DNA of 64,000 bases from positions 26,502,166 through 26,566,165 of the forward strand of contig NC_068987.1 in the NCBI RefSeq assembly GCF_001194135.2. The letters run 5' to 3'. The translations under genes and the position numbers were made by a program. The notes under the pieces are model-generated. The model did no database searches, was not told the origin of the DNA, and was given only the letters and a program-made list of their open reading frames with translations. Shown here piece after piece: positions 36,561-48,614 of this stretch. Each line of letters starts with the position of its first letter. Positions within the stretch are counted from its first letter, which is position 1. The DNA comes from Octopus bimaculoides (Eukaryota).

Positions 36561-37599
36561 TATATCAATTTTGTCATGTTAAATATTAAATTCCACTAAC
36601 ACAGCATGAGATTAAGAGATAAAAAAAATGTAGCTCCATCCTCATAAGAGCGGAATACGTTACAGATGCTCCTTATTCTTGCTACATTTTCTTTTCATTC
36701 ATACTCTATTAACAAATTTGAAGATTCATTATATCAATATTAGTAAAATATTATACACGATCCAACGAGAAAAGTCTGTGTATCGCAGATCGATATGTCT
36801 GATGCAGCAGTCAATTCTTGCTTGAAACACATTCTATCGTCTTAAAAACGTATACACGGGTAATTTATTTTGGAATGCATAATGGTCGTAAAAAATAAAA
36901 TTAAAAATACGAGATTCTCATTGGTGGAACATTCAACGATATGCTTGATGATTTTGACTGAATCTCTTTCACTGGGCACAGCACCATCACTTTTTCCACT
37001 GAATACATTTGGAGGAGGTAAAACTCTCCTTTCTGAAGATTAGTTCCTTTCATATGAACATTGTCATAGTTCTTCCTCTGATTAAGCGGCAAAGATTTGA
37101 ATATGGATATAATATCAAAAAAGCCCCGTCTTTCTCCGAAATAAGACATCCAAGCTGGACTCTATGCAAGACTAGTTTTTAAATGGAGACATACATTGCA
37201 GGTGATCAGTAAAACTGGACGAAACTGATGTGAGCTATAAGCTGCTAATAGCTCGAAATATCTGCACTAAAAGTAGAAACAGGAAGGGCTATTTTTACCT
37301 GAACAATATCAATCGCAGTATATCTCTCTGATATTATCGAGTAAGTAACAATATCAATTAGGCTATATGCAAAAAGATTCACATAAAAATTGGGAATACG
37401 TGGTATAAGTAAGCTTAGATATCTTGAATCAAAAACTGATATGAAAATCTATGTATTCTGATTGATATTTTGATCCCTTGTGACTGAAACACTACGAAAT
37501 GAAAGTAGGCAATATTGGGGGTTGCAATTGCTAAACATCTCCTACCACCCTCCAGCATTGATAAGCATAAGAAATGGTGACTCGACTTTGAGAATTTGT

Positions 37600-37900
37600 C
37601 AACGATTCAATGGAATAATGATATCTTTGGTGAATCATCACTTGCTCTTTTTCACACACCGAGACGAATTTAAATCTGGAGGCAGTTAACACAAGACTTC
37701 AACCTAGACTGTTGAAGCATAGAGGTAGCTCTGTAAGGGCTCGAGCAGCCATGTCTTGGAATTTCTTAGCTCTTTAGTTCCACACGGAGAAGTCAACACC
37801 AAAGATCATCTGTGTATTTTGGTTGACCATGTTCATCTTGTTACACATATTGTTCTCTGATATTAATCTTCTTGGACAATAATGCACAATTTTCATATGG
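37600..37900 (-). mobile_element. Possible hAT transposase C-terminal (dimerisation domain) relic
   Basis: DFSVWN*RAKKFQDMAARALTEL / LYASTV*VE resembles the hAT FW....F..LA..AL..L.PFASTYLCE pattern. Confidence 0.4.
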
Positions 37901-37996
37901 TTAAGGTTCTTCAAAATTGGTGCGAAGTGCACAAAAGTGAAATAGACCACTTGTATTTTGGTCCCACAACCACTAAATCTCAATATAATTGAAGGC

Positions 37997-38729
37997 TTAG
38001 GGTGCTGATTTTGTTACGACGTTTCGTATCCGAGTCGTCAGATGTGAACAAACAATGACATCACAGATGAAAACGTCGGTAATGGGCACATAACTGCCTA
38101 TTTCACAAATTTCTTCTTCTTCAGTCCCACATATAACCCATTAATCATCCATGAACTCATTGCTTCAATAACCACTACATATAGCGGTGTAACGTTTTCG
38201 GATATAAAAATGTACATGTTAAACACTTTCCTGGCGGCTGGCACATAAATATTAATGTCTTGTAGGCACACGATATTTAGTTAGGGAACCATGATTTGTT
38301 ACGACGTTTCATGTACGTCAGATGTAAACAAACGCGCGCTACTGCTAACACAGTAATACACAGAATTGACTTATAAAAAGGTTTAATATACTTTGTAGTA
38401 TGCTTAACGAAATACTGTGTGCCTACACGTCATTAATATTTACGGACCAACTTTGAAGAATGTGTTTAATATTTAAATTGGTATCTCCAAAAACATTACT
38501 CCTCTATATGTAGTGGCTATTTAAGCAATGAGTTCATCGATCATTAATGGATTGGATGGGTGATGATGAAGGAGTAAAAACTCCCGAAGTATGTCATATA
38601 CGTCCATTACCCAGTTTTTAAATCTTCGATCTCATTGTTTGTTTACATCTGATGTCTCAGATACAAAACGCTAAAACAAAATCCGTGTTGCCTATAATTT
38701 CTATTGAAAATCTGTAGAGGTGACCCTAA
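37997..38729. mobile_element. Foldback/MITE (~730 bp) with long imperfect inverted arms
   Basis: Termini ttagggt...accctaa. 38007-38230 is an imperfect reverse complement of 38460-38692 (e.g. ccattaatcatccatgaactcattgcttcaataaccactacatatag vs ctatatgtagtggctatttaagcaatgagttcatcgatcattaatgg). Confidence 0.8.
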
Positions 38730-39122
38730 CACATATATATGTAACTGAACAAAAATAGTATATTACAGTATGACTAACGAAAGACACTAGACAAACTAAC
38801 GGAGATGTTACAAAATGGTATCGAGTTAAAAGTTATGAAAATATAAGTTTAGCTCAAAATATATTTGTCACAAAACATTTAAAGACATGCAAAGCTATTC
38901 TACTGAGAGGTAAAATCCATATCACCAACAAGGCGCAAAGGGATCCACTATCTGGGATATTAGGAGAGCCACACAACAAAGAGGTAGGCTGGATTAAACC
39001 TTACACACACCAGCACATTGATTTAGGTCGGATGAAATGAGAGAAGAGTGATCAATACATGCTGAGGATATGATTATACGCAACTTACTTTTCATCACAT
39101 TGCGATCTTCTGGTGAGATAGG

Positions 39123-39123
<1 letters not shown>

Positions 39124-39187
<64 letters not shown>
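39124..39187. repeat. (GATA)n microsatellite
   Basis: Directly visible. Confidence 0.95.
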
Positions 39188-39211
39188 GCATGCGGGTATG
39201 CATTCAAAATT

Positions 39212-39505
39212 TGAACATCGTCAGTTACAACGAGGATGGGTCCAGATGATCCGATGAAAAGAATAGCCTGCTTATGAAATTAACGTGTAAGTGGCTACGC
39301 ACTCGACATACGTGCATTCGCTTAACGTAGTTCTCAGGAAGATTCAGCGTGACACACAATGTGCGAAGGCTGGCCCTTTGAATTACAGGCACAACCCATT
39401 TTGCCGTCTGATTGGACTAGAACAACTTGAAATAGAACTAAGGTGTCTTGCTCAAAGACACAGCACGATGCCGTGAATCAAGCTCAGAAGCTTACAATCG
39501 TGAGC
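39212..39505 (-). mobile_element. tRNA-derived SINE family C
   Basis: Sense strand tggttggggtattccgctcacgattgtaagcttctgagcttgattcacggcatcgtgctgtgtctttgagcaagacacc...aattcaaagggccagcc...gctgaatcttcctgagaactacgttaag. Has a tRNA-like head and a ctt(t)gagcaagacac motif related to family A ccttgggcaagtgtc. Confidence 0.7.
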
Positions 39506-39812
39506 GGAATACCCCAACCATATATTTATCTCTGTGTGTGTGTGTGTTTATGTGTGTATGTGTGTGTGTGTGTATGTGTGTGTGTGTGTGTGTTTATGTG
39601 TGTATGTGTGTGTGTGTGTGTATGTGTGTGTGTGTGTGTGTGCAAATATATGCAGGTAAAAAAGGCTGCATAATGAAACAAGAATGACAGAATATCATTA
39701 CTGATGAAACCTACCCTATACTGATACCGTTATTCAATTGATAGGAACACGGCTCAAATCAAATGCCTAAGTTCCAGTATGAGTAGTTAAGATGACTTCC
39801 TTCCATGAAAGC

Positions 39813-39887
<75 letters not shown>
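39813..39887. repeat. (AAT)n microsatellite
   Basis: Directly visible. Confidence 0.95.
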
Positions 39888-39989
39888 CAACCGAACTGTA
39901 AATATACTTCGAAATTCTCGGATGCTTTACAGAAAGGAACTCTTACCCACTTCTCCAAAGTATAGAAATGAGGTTGTGCCAATGTATTT

Positions 39990-40180
39990 GTCGTCATTAG
40001 ACTTACTAGAAATAACAGTTAAATCTTCATAAAATCACACCTTAATATCGTATAAAAAGGAAGGGCTCATTCGATAAGGTTGTACTGAAAAAAAAAACAG
40101 ATGGTCACGACTGAAATACTTTTGATCATAGGTTGAGACAATCATGGTTCGCTTGAGGGTAAACAAAAACAACTTAGATA
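39990..40180 (+). mobile_element. Short interspersed repeat family D
   Basis: gacttactagaaataacag..aaatcacacc..aaaaaggaagg..gatggtcacgactgaaatacttttgatcatagg..aaacaaaaacaac. Confidence 0.65.
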
Positions 40181-41154
40181 ATGTAGAAAAGTTTCGTATA
40201 GCTGTGGAGATAAGCCCTTGAGAACACCATGCGAGCTACTGAATGAAACAAAACATAATTGTTAAATCAAGCACAACAACAGAACTCAATAACTGACTGA
40301 ACAAAGATATTCAACAAAGGTTTTAACATAAAACTCTGATTAGACAAATGCACCATGACAAGAATAGTGAATCGATTTAAAGTAATCAAACAATGCATAT
40401 AAAAATCAATAAAGGTATAACGACACCACATGTCGTTAGAAATAGATGGGGAAAAAAACTACGGAAACTGAAGTGGTTTATGGTTATAAGTTATGAAGTA
40501 ACAACTATGACCTCTATTTCATCTCACATGACTATTTTGGTTTTATCTCTAATCTATGTCACACCGACATAAACCACTTATAACTTATTCATTAAGGAGA
40601 TTGTCGTTAATTGATAAATGAATTAATGTCTGTAAACGGTCCTCCCTGTCAATGGAGAAATAAATGACTGCATACAGGCCAATAAGCTCTGTAAATTAAT
40701 TAATGGTAAAAACGTGCGTGACAAAATTTTATTATTTGTAATATGCCACAATCTGATGTCTGATATTTCAGTTGACTTGTCCTTTTCAAATATATACCTT
40801 GTTAACTCTCTGATTATTGCTTTCCTTAAATGAATCTGAAGTTCGAAAGATAGGAAGAACAATAGAGAGTTTTGGTGTTGTATAGAGATGGCATGTAATC
40901 GACATTGTGATCGTCTCGAATGAGGAAATTGACAAGCAATAACTAAAATCTAATAAAAAGTTACGGAGATGCATGAATTATGATAAATATATCAAAACAT
41001 TGAATAAATTAACTATCTAATAATCAAAGTATTGAACTGTTGAACTGCTCATTATTAATCACTAATCTGTCTACAAGTAAATAATCATAAGCATGGTATT
41101 TAATTAGCCGCATATAAATTATACCAACAACATATATGAAAATTATTTATGCGG

Positions 41155-41345
41155 CGTTTCGACTTACTAGAAATAGCAATGGAATCTCCCTCAAATTATA
41201 CCCGACCATCTTAAAAGAAGGAAGGACAAATTTGATAATGTAGTCCAAGGAACTCTATTTTTATAAAATAAAAAAAAAACGGATAGTCAAAGTTAGAATG
41301 CGTTTGATCATAGGTCTGCTGTTGGGGTTTAACAAAAAAGAACAA
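41155..41345 (+). mobile_element. Short interspersed repeat family D
   Basis: gacttactagaaatagcaatggaatctccctcaaat..gaaggaaggac..gataatgtagtcc..tttgatcataggtctgct..ggggtttaacaaa. Confidence 0.7.
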
Positions 41346-41914
41346 ACACTGCAACAACTCAATAAAACAACAACAAAGTTACAAAGGTAGTAATTACTAC
41401 AAAGAAAAAAAAACTGGTGAAATCAACGTCCAAAAGACCAAGAAACAAGTTCAAGAATTGATGAACAAATCAATAAAGTAATAAATCATTAAACAATTAA
41501 AGCAGTTTTATATTTGAACAGCAAATCTTTGAAGCAACAGAGGAAACCATCAAACGACATTAATATAAGAGCACAGTAAACCAACAGGACAATAAAATAT
41601 AAATCAACCTAGAGAACTTGAACTATAATTCAAAGAGTCAATCAATGCATTAATAAGTCAATTAACCAATATGTCACAAACACATTCACGTGCGCACGCA
41701 CATACATAAGCGCGCACACACATAAGTTTACGGATAAGTGTAAATTGAAAATGCTGTAGATAAAAATCGTTTGTTGGTGGGAATATAGTGAAATTAAACC
41801 GCAACAAGCTTTTATATGTAACACTATTCTTGGAGTACATCCAGTTATTGCACGCGCCACATTGCGAGTAAATATCAGAGATGAGTTTTGTTAATATATC
41901 GCTTTAGAAAAGTC

Positions 41915-42120
41915 CAGCGAGGTGGCAGAATTGCTAGTAGGCCGGGCAAAATATTTAGTGACCCTCTTTATGTTCTGAGTTCAAATACCGCCGAGGTCGA
42001 CTTTGCTTTTCATCCTTTCAGGTTTTACAACAAAATGACCAGTTGACAACACGGTTCAATTAAACCGATTTGCATCCTTCCCGAGTTTGTTGACTTTGAG
42101 CCAAAATTTGAAACCAATGT
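41915..42120 (+). mobile_element. tRNA-derived SINE family B
   Basis: gcgaggtggcagaattgctagtaggccgggcaaaat..gttctgagttcaaataccgccgaggtcgactttgcttttcatcctttc..aaaatttgaaacc. Confidence 0.8.
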
Positions 42121-42647
42121 ATCTGAAACGGAAATCTACAGAATATATTTCAATCGGCTAAAATTTTATTGATATTCAAATTCTCGTTTTTTTTTTTTTG
42201 TCAGATAGAAGGGCACAATACTTATTTACGTCTCACGCAAAAGCTGAAATCAAATAAAGAATAAAAGAATAAGATAGAATAGAGAGGCCAAGAGTAGAAA
42301 GAAGAGGAGACACGAAAACAGAATGTGGGACAAAAGAACTCTGACAAATAAACTAATAATAATGATAAAGTAAAGTTGTAAAAATACTATATCTGTCTAG
42401 TGTTGCCCCCTGTCGGATTCCCTTATACCAAGTGAATTTGCCTTTAGAATTTGAAATATGTCATAAACACATTTTAACTAACTTAAAGTTCGCATATACA
42501 TATACATAATGCATACATACACACTTACATGCATGCATACACACATACACACAAACACACATATATACATATATATTATGTGCGTGATCATCCTTATTTA
42601 TATATATACTTATGTATGCATGTATATTTTCATAGATATGCTTATAT

Positions 42648-42711
<64 letters not shown>

Positions 42712-43474
42712 CTATACCCACATACGCATATAGTTATATCTATGTATATATATATTTCTATAAACATAAATATAAGCACATACATGCACTCACACACCCA
42801 CACATACACGCACACACGATCTAATATAGAAATCAATCAATCAAACTATCTTTTTTCATTCGTTTAAACTGTTTTAAATGAAAACCAAACAGGGAATGAC
42901 ATTTGTCCAAAGCCGTCGAGCTTTGACTTGCCAATCGAATTGTCAATATTTATTCAACTCCCCAGGGTATAGTTTATGTAAAAAATGTAAACAGTATAAC
43001 TGACGTATACTTAAGCTCTCCCTATAAATTGAAATACACATTTTTCTGTCATTCTACCCTAGGTCTTCTCTGGGCGTATGACTAAACACTTTTCGAACAG
43101 AGTGTGTATCAGTTATCTTTATACATTTCCCTCCTGTGCTGTACTTCACGTCACTTAGATCTTGGCCGGCCCCAAAAGCATATCAGATTTCTTCCCGTTT
43201 TAGTCACTACCTATTAATTTATGGAAAAAGGACAATCTCAATAATCTTCCTGCACATTTTCTACAGCCGCAACGTAATCGGTTTTACGCAGAAGTGTGAC
43301 TGAATAGATTAAGAAAATGAGAGACAGGGCAGAGAACGAGAGAGACTGTGTGAGAGACTGAACAAAAAACAGCAAGAGAAAATGAGAGAGTAAGAGAAAG
43401 AGAGAGACAGAGAGTTGAAGAAGAGAATCGGCCTCAGTCCTTATTGTCATTTCAAGATGACCTTGTAGAAAACT

Positions 43475-43872
43475 TTTGGCTTCAAATTTTGGTCCAGCAC
43501 CAGCAATTTCATGGCGGAACTAAGTCCATTACATCAACACCAATGCTTAACTGGTACGTATTGTATCGATTCAAACCGATGAAAGGCAAAATCGACCGCC
43601 GTGTAATTTGAACTCAGAACTGAACAAAATACTGCTAAGCATTGCCGGCGTGATAACGATTTTTCCAGGTCACTTATAGCCGGAGAAATATTGGTTTCAA
43701 ATTTTGGCAGAAGACTAGCAATTTTGGGGTAGGGGGTAAATCGGTTACATCGATTCCAGTGTTCAACTGGTACTTATTTAATTAACCACGAGAGGATAAG
43801 AGTTGAAGTTGATCTCGGTAGAACTTGATCTTTGGACGTAAAAACGGACGAAATACCGCTAACATTTTGCCT
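43475..43872 (-). mobile_element. Two tandem SINE family B copies (about 43475-43675 and 43690-43872)
   Basis: Each begins (plus strand) with g(g/c)(c/t)ttcaaattttgg and carries actggtac and tgaactcagaac / gaaataccgct motifs. Confidence 0.8.
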
Positions 43873-43899
43873 TAGAGTTAGAGAAATAGTGCAACTTCA

Positions 43900-44880
43900 T
43901 TTCAATCCAAAATTTCTTCAGTTTCTCTTTTACACTGAATGGTTCGCTAATTTACATTTTGTTGGCATGGATTGTAGGAAGATATTTATTTAAATTTCCA
44001 GGAATCTCGAAGAAGTGCGTTGACATTTAAGCAACGAAGCACGTCTAATCCAAGGGTTATTTCGGAATAAGTTTCTGGAGATTTAGATAATGCTCCAAAG
44101 GCACTAATTTCCTCTAGCAACTCTCCTCGTCCACAAAGGAAATTTATTTAACTACTTCTTTCACTTTCTCATGTACTTTGATAATATTTGTGCTTTATAG
44201 ATTTAATTTTAAGAAATTTAATACATGAAATAAAAAGGTCACCCATGCTATCGGATTCAGGAAATTTATCTTTAAAAGCACTTATGATACCAGTCGCCGA
44301 TTGAGGTCGTTAATCCCAAAATAATAATGCTTTCAAAATTAAGTATGTTTTAAAATATTTCCTTTTGATAACAATTGCAATTCACAATTTCTGATTCTTT
44401 GTACAACTCAATAATGATTCTGTTATTCAATCAAGAGTTTATATCATTTATAAATTTCACATTATTGAAGAGTTCAGTTTAAGAATATGGTCATACTTTT
44501 CACAGCTAAAGTTTGTTCTTGATACTAAAATGCCGTGATGCAACTTCTGGTACTATTGATCGAATTTTCTGAAGCATACCATTGAACCAACCTACCTCAT
44601 GGTCCATCGGTATCCAGTCCAACACATTTCCCCAGTAAATATTTGTTCAATGATAAAATCAGTCAGAAGCTCAAACATTTCTTAAGCCGTTGTTATTCTT
44701 GGAAGCAATTTGCAAACCATAAACTCATGTGAATAGTGTCATTGACAACACTAATCACATTAAATTAGAATTATCTGCAGTGAAGCCCATTAAATTACAA
44801 TTATCTGTAACGCCTGTGCTCTCATCCACTTGTATTGAAAATAAGTGACTCGTCCGTATCCTAGAAACCACTGATTCTCC
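43900..44880 (-). mobile_element. hAT (Charlie/Buster-type) transposase fragment, disrupted
   Basis: ESVVSRIRTSHLFSIQVDESTGVTDNCNLMG (cf. FS.Q.DESTD), EFMVCKLLPRITTA*EMFELLTDF, GKCVGLDTDG (cf. KCVGICTDGA) and EQTLAVKSM (cf. HREALA). Confidence 0.7.
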
Positions 44881-46204
44881 TATATATTTTTTCGCAGGTT
44901 TTCAATTTTGTGTTTAACTATTTGCTCTGTAGTAGCATTACAACTAATAAAGACAGTCCCTATTTTCTCAAATTACCAAGATGTAATTTTCAGTGAAATG
45001 AATAGAAGGTTTGTCCTAGTGCTATGCAGTATAATTAACAGTTATCAATTTTGAAACTTTAATGCTAAAACCAAGCTTTTATTGACTACCTTGGGTAGAG
45101 ATTGCGGGTTTCAGTTTTATGTGAGATTTTATTTCTATTTAGGAAAAATCTGTTCGTATATTTTAGCATTCAAGATATTGTGTGTCTAAGCTTCAGTTTT
45201 GTTGACTTTTCCATATCTCTTTGATATTTAGGCTTCATAAATAATAAATAATTATTAAATATTATAACTACTAGTGGCATCAGAACTAAATGTACTTATT
45301 TGTCGCAATATTTGCGGGTCCAAAAAGATTTGATCTTATTTTTTCTGAAATTTTCCACATCGTTAAATATGTTACTGATAGTTTTACTTCTAGTGATTTG
45401 AATGCTTAGTTGAATCGCTGTTGTTTATCCTTGGTCAATTATCTATACCAAAATTGATGCAGAAATTGTAGGGAAAAATATTTATCAGAAAATATATTAG
45501 CACAAGCATTGTTTTCATAATAATATATACGAAATCTTGTAGATAATTATCAACAAAAATAATAGTGTTATTTTACGTACCCCAATTAACGGTAAATCCA
45601 GTATCATGGGTGAGTTTGCAAGAAACAAAATATGTGGTCAAATTTCTAGAATGCCTTTTGTCGTCTCAGTCCTTACACCATATGTACTGTTTTACTCTGC
45701 TGAAAGCGAGGATTATAAACGCAGTAATCATAACATTTTCGCAAGCGCTCCACATTCAGGAAGACTTCTTAACTGATTAAAACCAATTTCGTACAGTAGA
45801 GCTAAAACTATTTTATACTTTTTTTGTATAATTGGATTATGATATTAATAGTCTCTCAGGACTGGTCTTTTCTTATCTCCAGATCAATAGTCGGCTGCAG
45901 ACATAGGCTGTAAATTGTTATTCAGTGTTTTTTCTGATAGTACGATTTAATTTGTGACAAAGTTGCTTTATATTTCTAATAAGTAAAACGACAGCACAGG
46001 TAATCTGATATTTCGGTGGCTTCTATTAGTATAGAATGGAATATTAGTTTTGGAATCACCCTTATTACATTACTGGTACTAAGTTTGTTTTCGATCTGAA
46101 TCCGTGATTTCAACGTAGAATTTCTGAAAGTCACGAAACTAAATGATCTTGTGCAGCCATCTACCATTTTTGTACTCTCTCCACAGGTAGTATTCTGTAA
46201 CTAT

Positions 46205-46365
46205 CGCAAGCATTGGTGGGAGAGTACATTCAATATTTAACTCCAGTACTTGATTTGTTCAATACTTTATGATCTACAGTAAAATGAAAGGTAAAGTTAA
46301 CGCTCACGAAAATTGAACATAGAAGGTAAGTGGGCATAAGAAAATAATACATCTGACATTTTGTG
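46205..46365 (-). mobile_element. SINE family B, degenerate
   Basis: ccagtacttgatt..aaaatgaaaggtaaagttaac..aaaattgaacatagaa..gaaataata, matching 6671-6883. Confidence 0.55.
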
Positions 46366-47084
46366 AGTGACTTGTATACCAATTTGTTTCCAGCTCTTAT
46401 CTTTGAGCTTTTATACAGAGTCAGTTGACAAAACTATACCATTCCTCGCTACTGATGTGTTTCAGTAAAGTTTTCCATATATTACTTGTTTTCTGACTAT
46501 ATATTTACTTGTTTTTTGATTTGTTTTCTGACATAGTTACATTCAACGTATAAATGAGAAGCACTAGCAAGCACAGTGTAAATTTCGGTTGTGAAATTAG
46601 GAATAAAATTGCTGCTTTCCATTTAGAAGGACTTGTGATCAGTTCGTTCGTAAATCACTCACTTATTTTCACAAACAAACCGACACAAGTATTCAGATAC
46701 AAAGCACATATGTGTACACACACGCTGATGTATGCATACACGCACACATACATACCCCCCAGCACACATATATTCATATATGTGTGTATGTATGTAAGTT
46801 TGTGTTTATATATACAGAAACACAAATGCATACACACACGCGCACGCGCTCACACATACAAACACACGAGTTTATGGAATGAGTATGAAGACGTCATGCT
46901 TGCGCTGTGAAATCTTGGATGTATTAATTTGAACAGTTCTTATTTATAATCTATTGTTTCTTTCCAGGTAAACTGAAATATGGCTATACTATTAAACATT
47001 GGAAGAGGCATTATGCCAGTAATAAGCACACGCACTGACTGTTTGAAGACTTTCAAAAGTAACTAGTCGTGACTTTTCAAGATG

Positions 47085-47530
47085 GTAAGAATTTGGCATC
47101 GTAGTGTTGTTATCAAATACATGCAGGAAAACGGTTGAGCGTCCAAGGGCATTCATGCTGACGTAGTTGCTATATTAGAGCATAACTCTGCAGCTTTATC
47201 AACAGTGCAAGAGTGGGCAGCTGTATTTAGGAGAAGAAGGAAAAATGTTGAAAATGACCAAAGACATTGTCGTCCTGCAACTGACACCACCGAGGAAATC
47301 ATTGATCGTGTTCACCATATGGTATTGGATATCAGGCAATTCACTATAAAGGTAAGAGCCAATGCTCATAGCATATCCCGTGAGACAATTTAGAATATTC
47401 TGCACTATGAACTTGGCATGATGGAAGTTGCTACTCAGTAGGTGTCACGTCTTCTGACACCTGATCAGAAGCATACCAGCCTGATGACATCACGGGAAAA
47501 ACTGACATTGAGGCAGATCCAGCAGATTTC
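47085..47530 (+). mobile_element. Mariner transposase N-terminal fragment, disrupted
   Basis: HRSVVIKYMQE, ALSTVQEWAAVFRRRRKNVENDQRHCRPATDTTEEIIDRVHHMVLDIRQFTI..HSISRETI*NILHYELGM.EVATQ*VSRLLTPDQK (degenerate WVPRLL motif). The element probably extends upstream to about 46865. Confidence 0.88.
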
Positions 47531-47702
47531 ATTGATTTCCTTTGGATAGGATAAGGTGTTAGTGGACACCAGATGCTGGGCACTTTTTTGTCCGCCATTG
47601 ATTTTCTGTGCATTTTAGCAATATACATCTATAGAAGAAACTCTCTCGGGACTAACATATATTTGTTAAAATATATCCACATTAAGTAGGGTATAAAAAT
47701 TG

Positions 47703-47703
47703 A

Positions 47704-47785
<82 letters not shown>

Positions 47786-47790
47786 ACTAT
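47703..47790. repeat. (TATC)n microsatellite
   Basis: Directly visible. Confidence 0.95.
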
Positions 47791-48141
47791 CTATATATAT
47801 ATATATTTATGTCTGTCTGTCTATCTATCTATCTATATATCTATCTATATACACACAGAAACACAGACACACACATACACACACATACAAACACACATAC
47901 ACACACACACACATACACACACACACACACACACGCACACGCACACGCACATACACAATATTGTGAGAAGAGGATATGATATCCAAGTAGATATCGAATT
48001 TCTCAGAGTAAAATGAAGAAAGCTGGCTCCATCTGAGGGTACGTCTTTTTGGTGATCTACCTGCAGCTCTCATTCGATATTACCGTTTATTTGTTGGCTA
48101 CTCATAGTGTAAAGAACAATATTAAAATGAAGAGAATGAGG

Positions 48142-48612
48142 ATTTTGAGCATTCAAACTTTCTGTTTATTTCCGGTTAGAAGTCCGACACGGTTTCCATC
48201 GCACCAAAATCATATTGTTGCATATTCATATGCTGCTATTTATGCATTATTGAGGTGATCTTTTCAGGTCAAATAAACTTGACATCGTTTGAAGAGAAAT
48301 TTCCCTCCTCAATTAGTTTGAATCAGATTTGCTAGAAGTAGTGAACTCTGAACATTCCTCAATGAGATGTTTTGCTTGACTGTTTGTTTGGGTGAAATTC
48401 AATAGTATCAGCAGCAGTGATTGCTGAGGTCAACAATTGTTCCTGGTTTGGCTGGGAATGGTTATAGAATACTTATCTTTTGAATGGTTCTACATACTTT
48501 ATAATTAAAAGTATATTGATGGAATTCGGAGTTGATTATATCATTTGAACCTTGTGAAGGATATTAATAGTAGTAGTGGATAATTTTTAACCTGTAAAAA
48601 CCACGTGATTAA
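48142..48612 (-). repeat. Left arm of a long inverted repeat
   Basis: Imperfect reverse complement of 50277-50790, e.g. agtccgacacggtttccatcgcaccaaaatcatattgttgcatattcatatgctgc vs gcagcatatgaatatgcaacaatatgcttttggtgcgatggaaacacgtgtcggact. Confidence 0.92.
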
Positions 48613-48614
48613 TA

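Noticed and set aside
38010-38045. Minus-strand CTGACGA...GAAACGTC in the foldback arm
   Set aside because: No stem II and at most two pairs in helix I; the other copies of the motif lack the core.
45570-45615. Putative exon ending GKSSIM|gtgagt (P-loop-like)
   Set aside because: No upstream Gly of the Walker A motif, a poor acceptor, and no supporting neighbouring exons.
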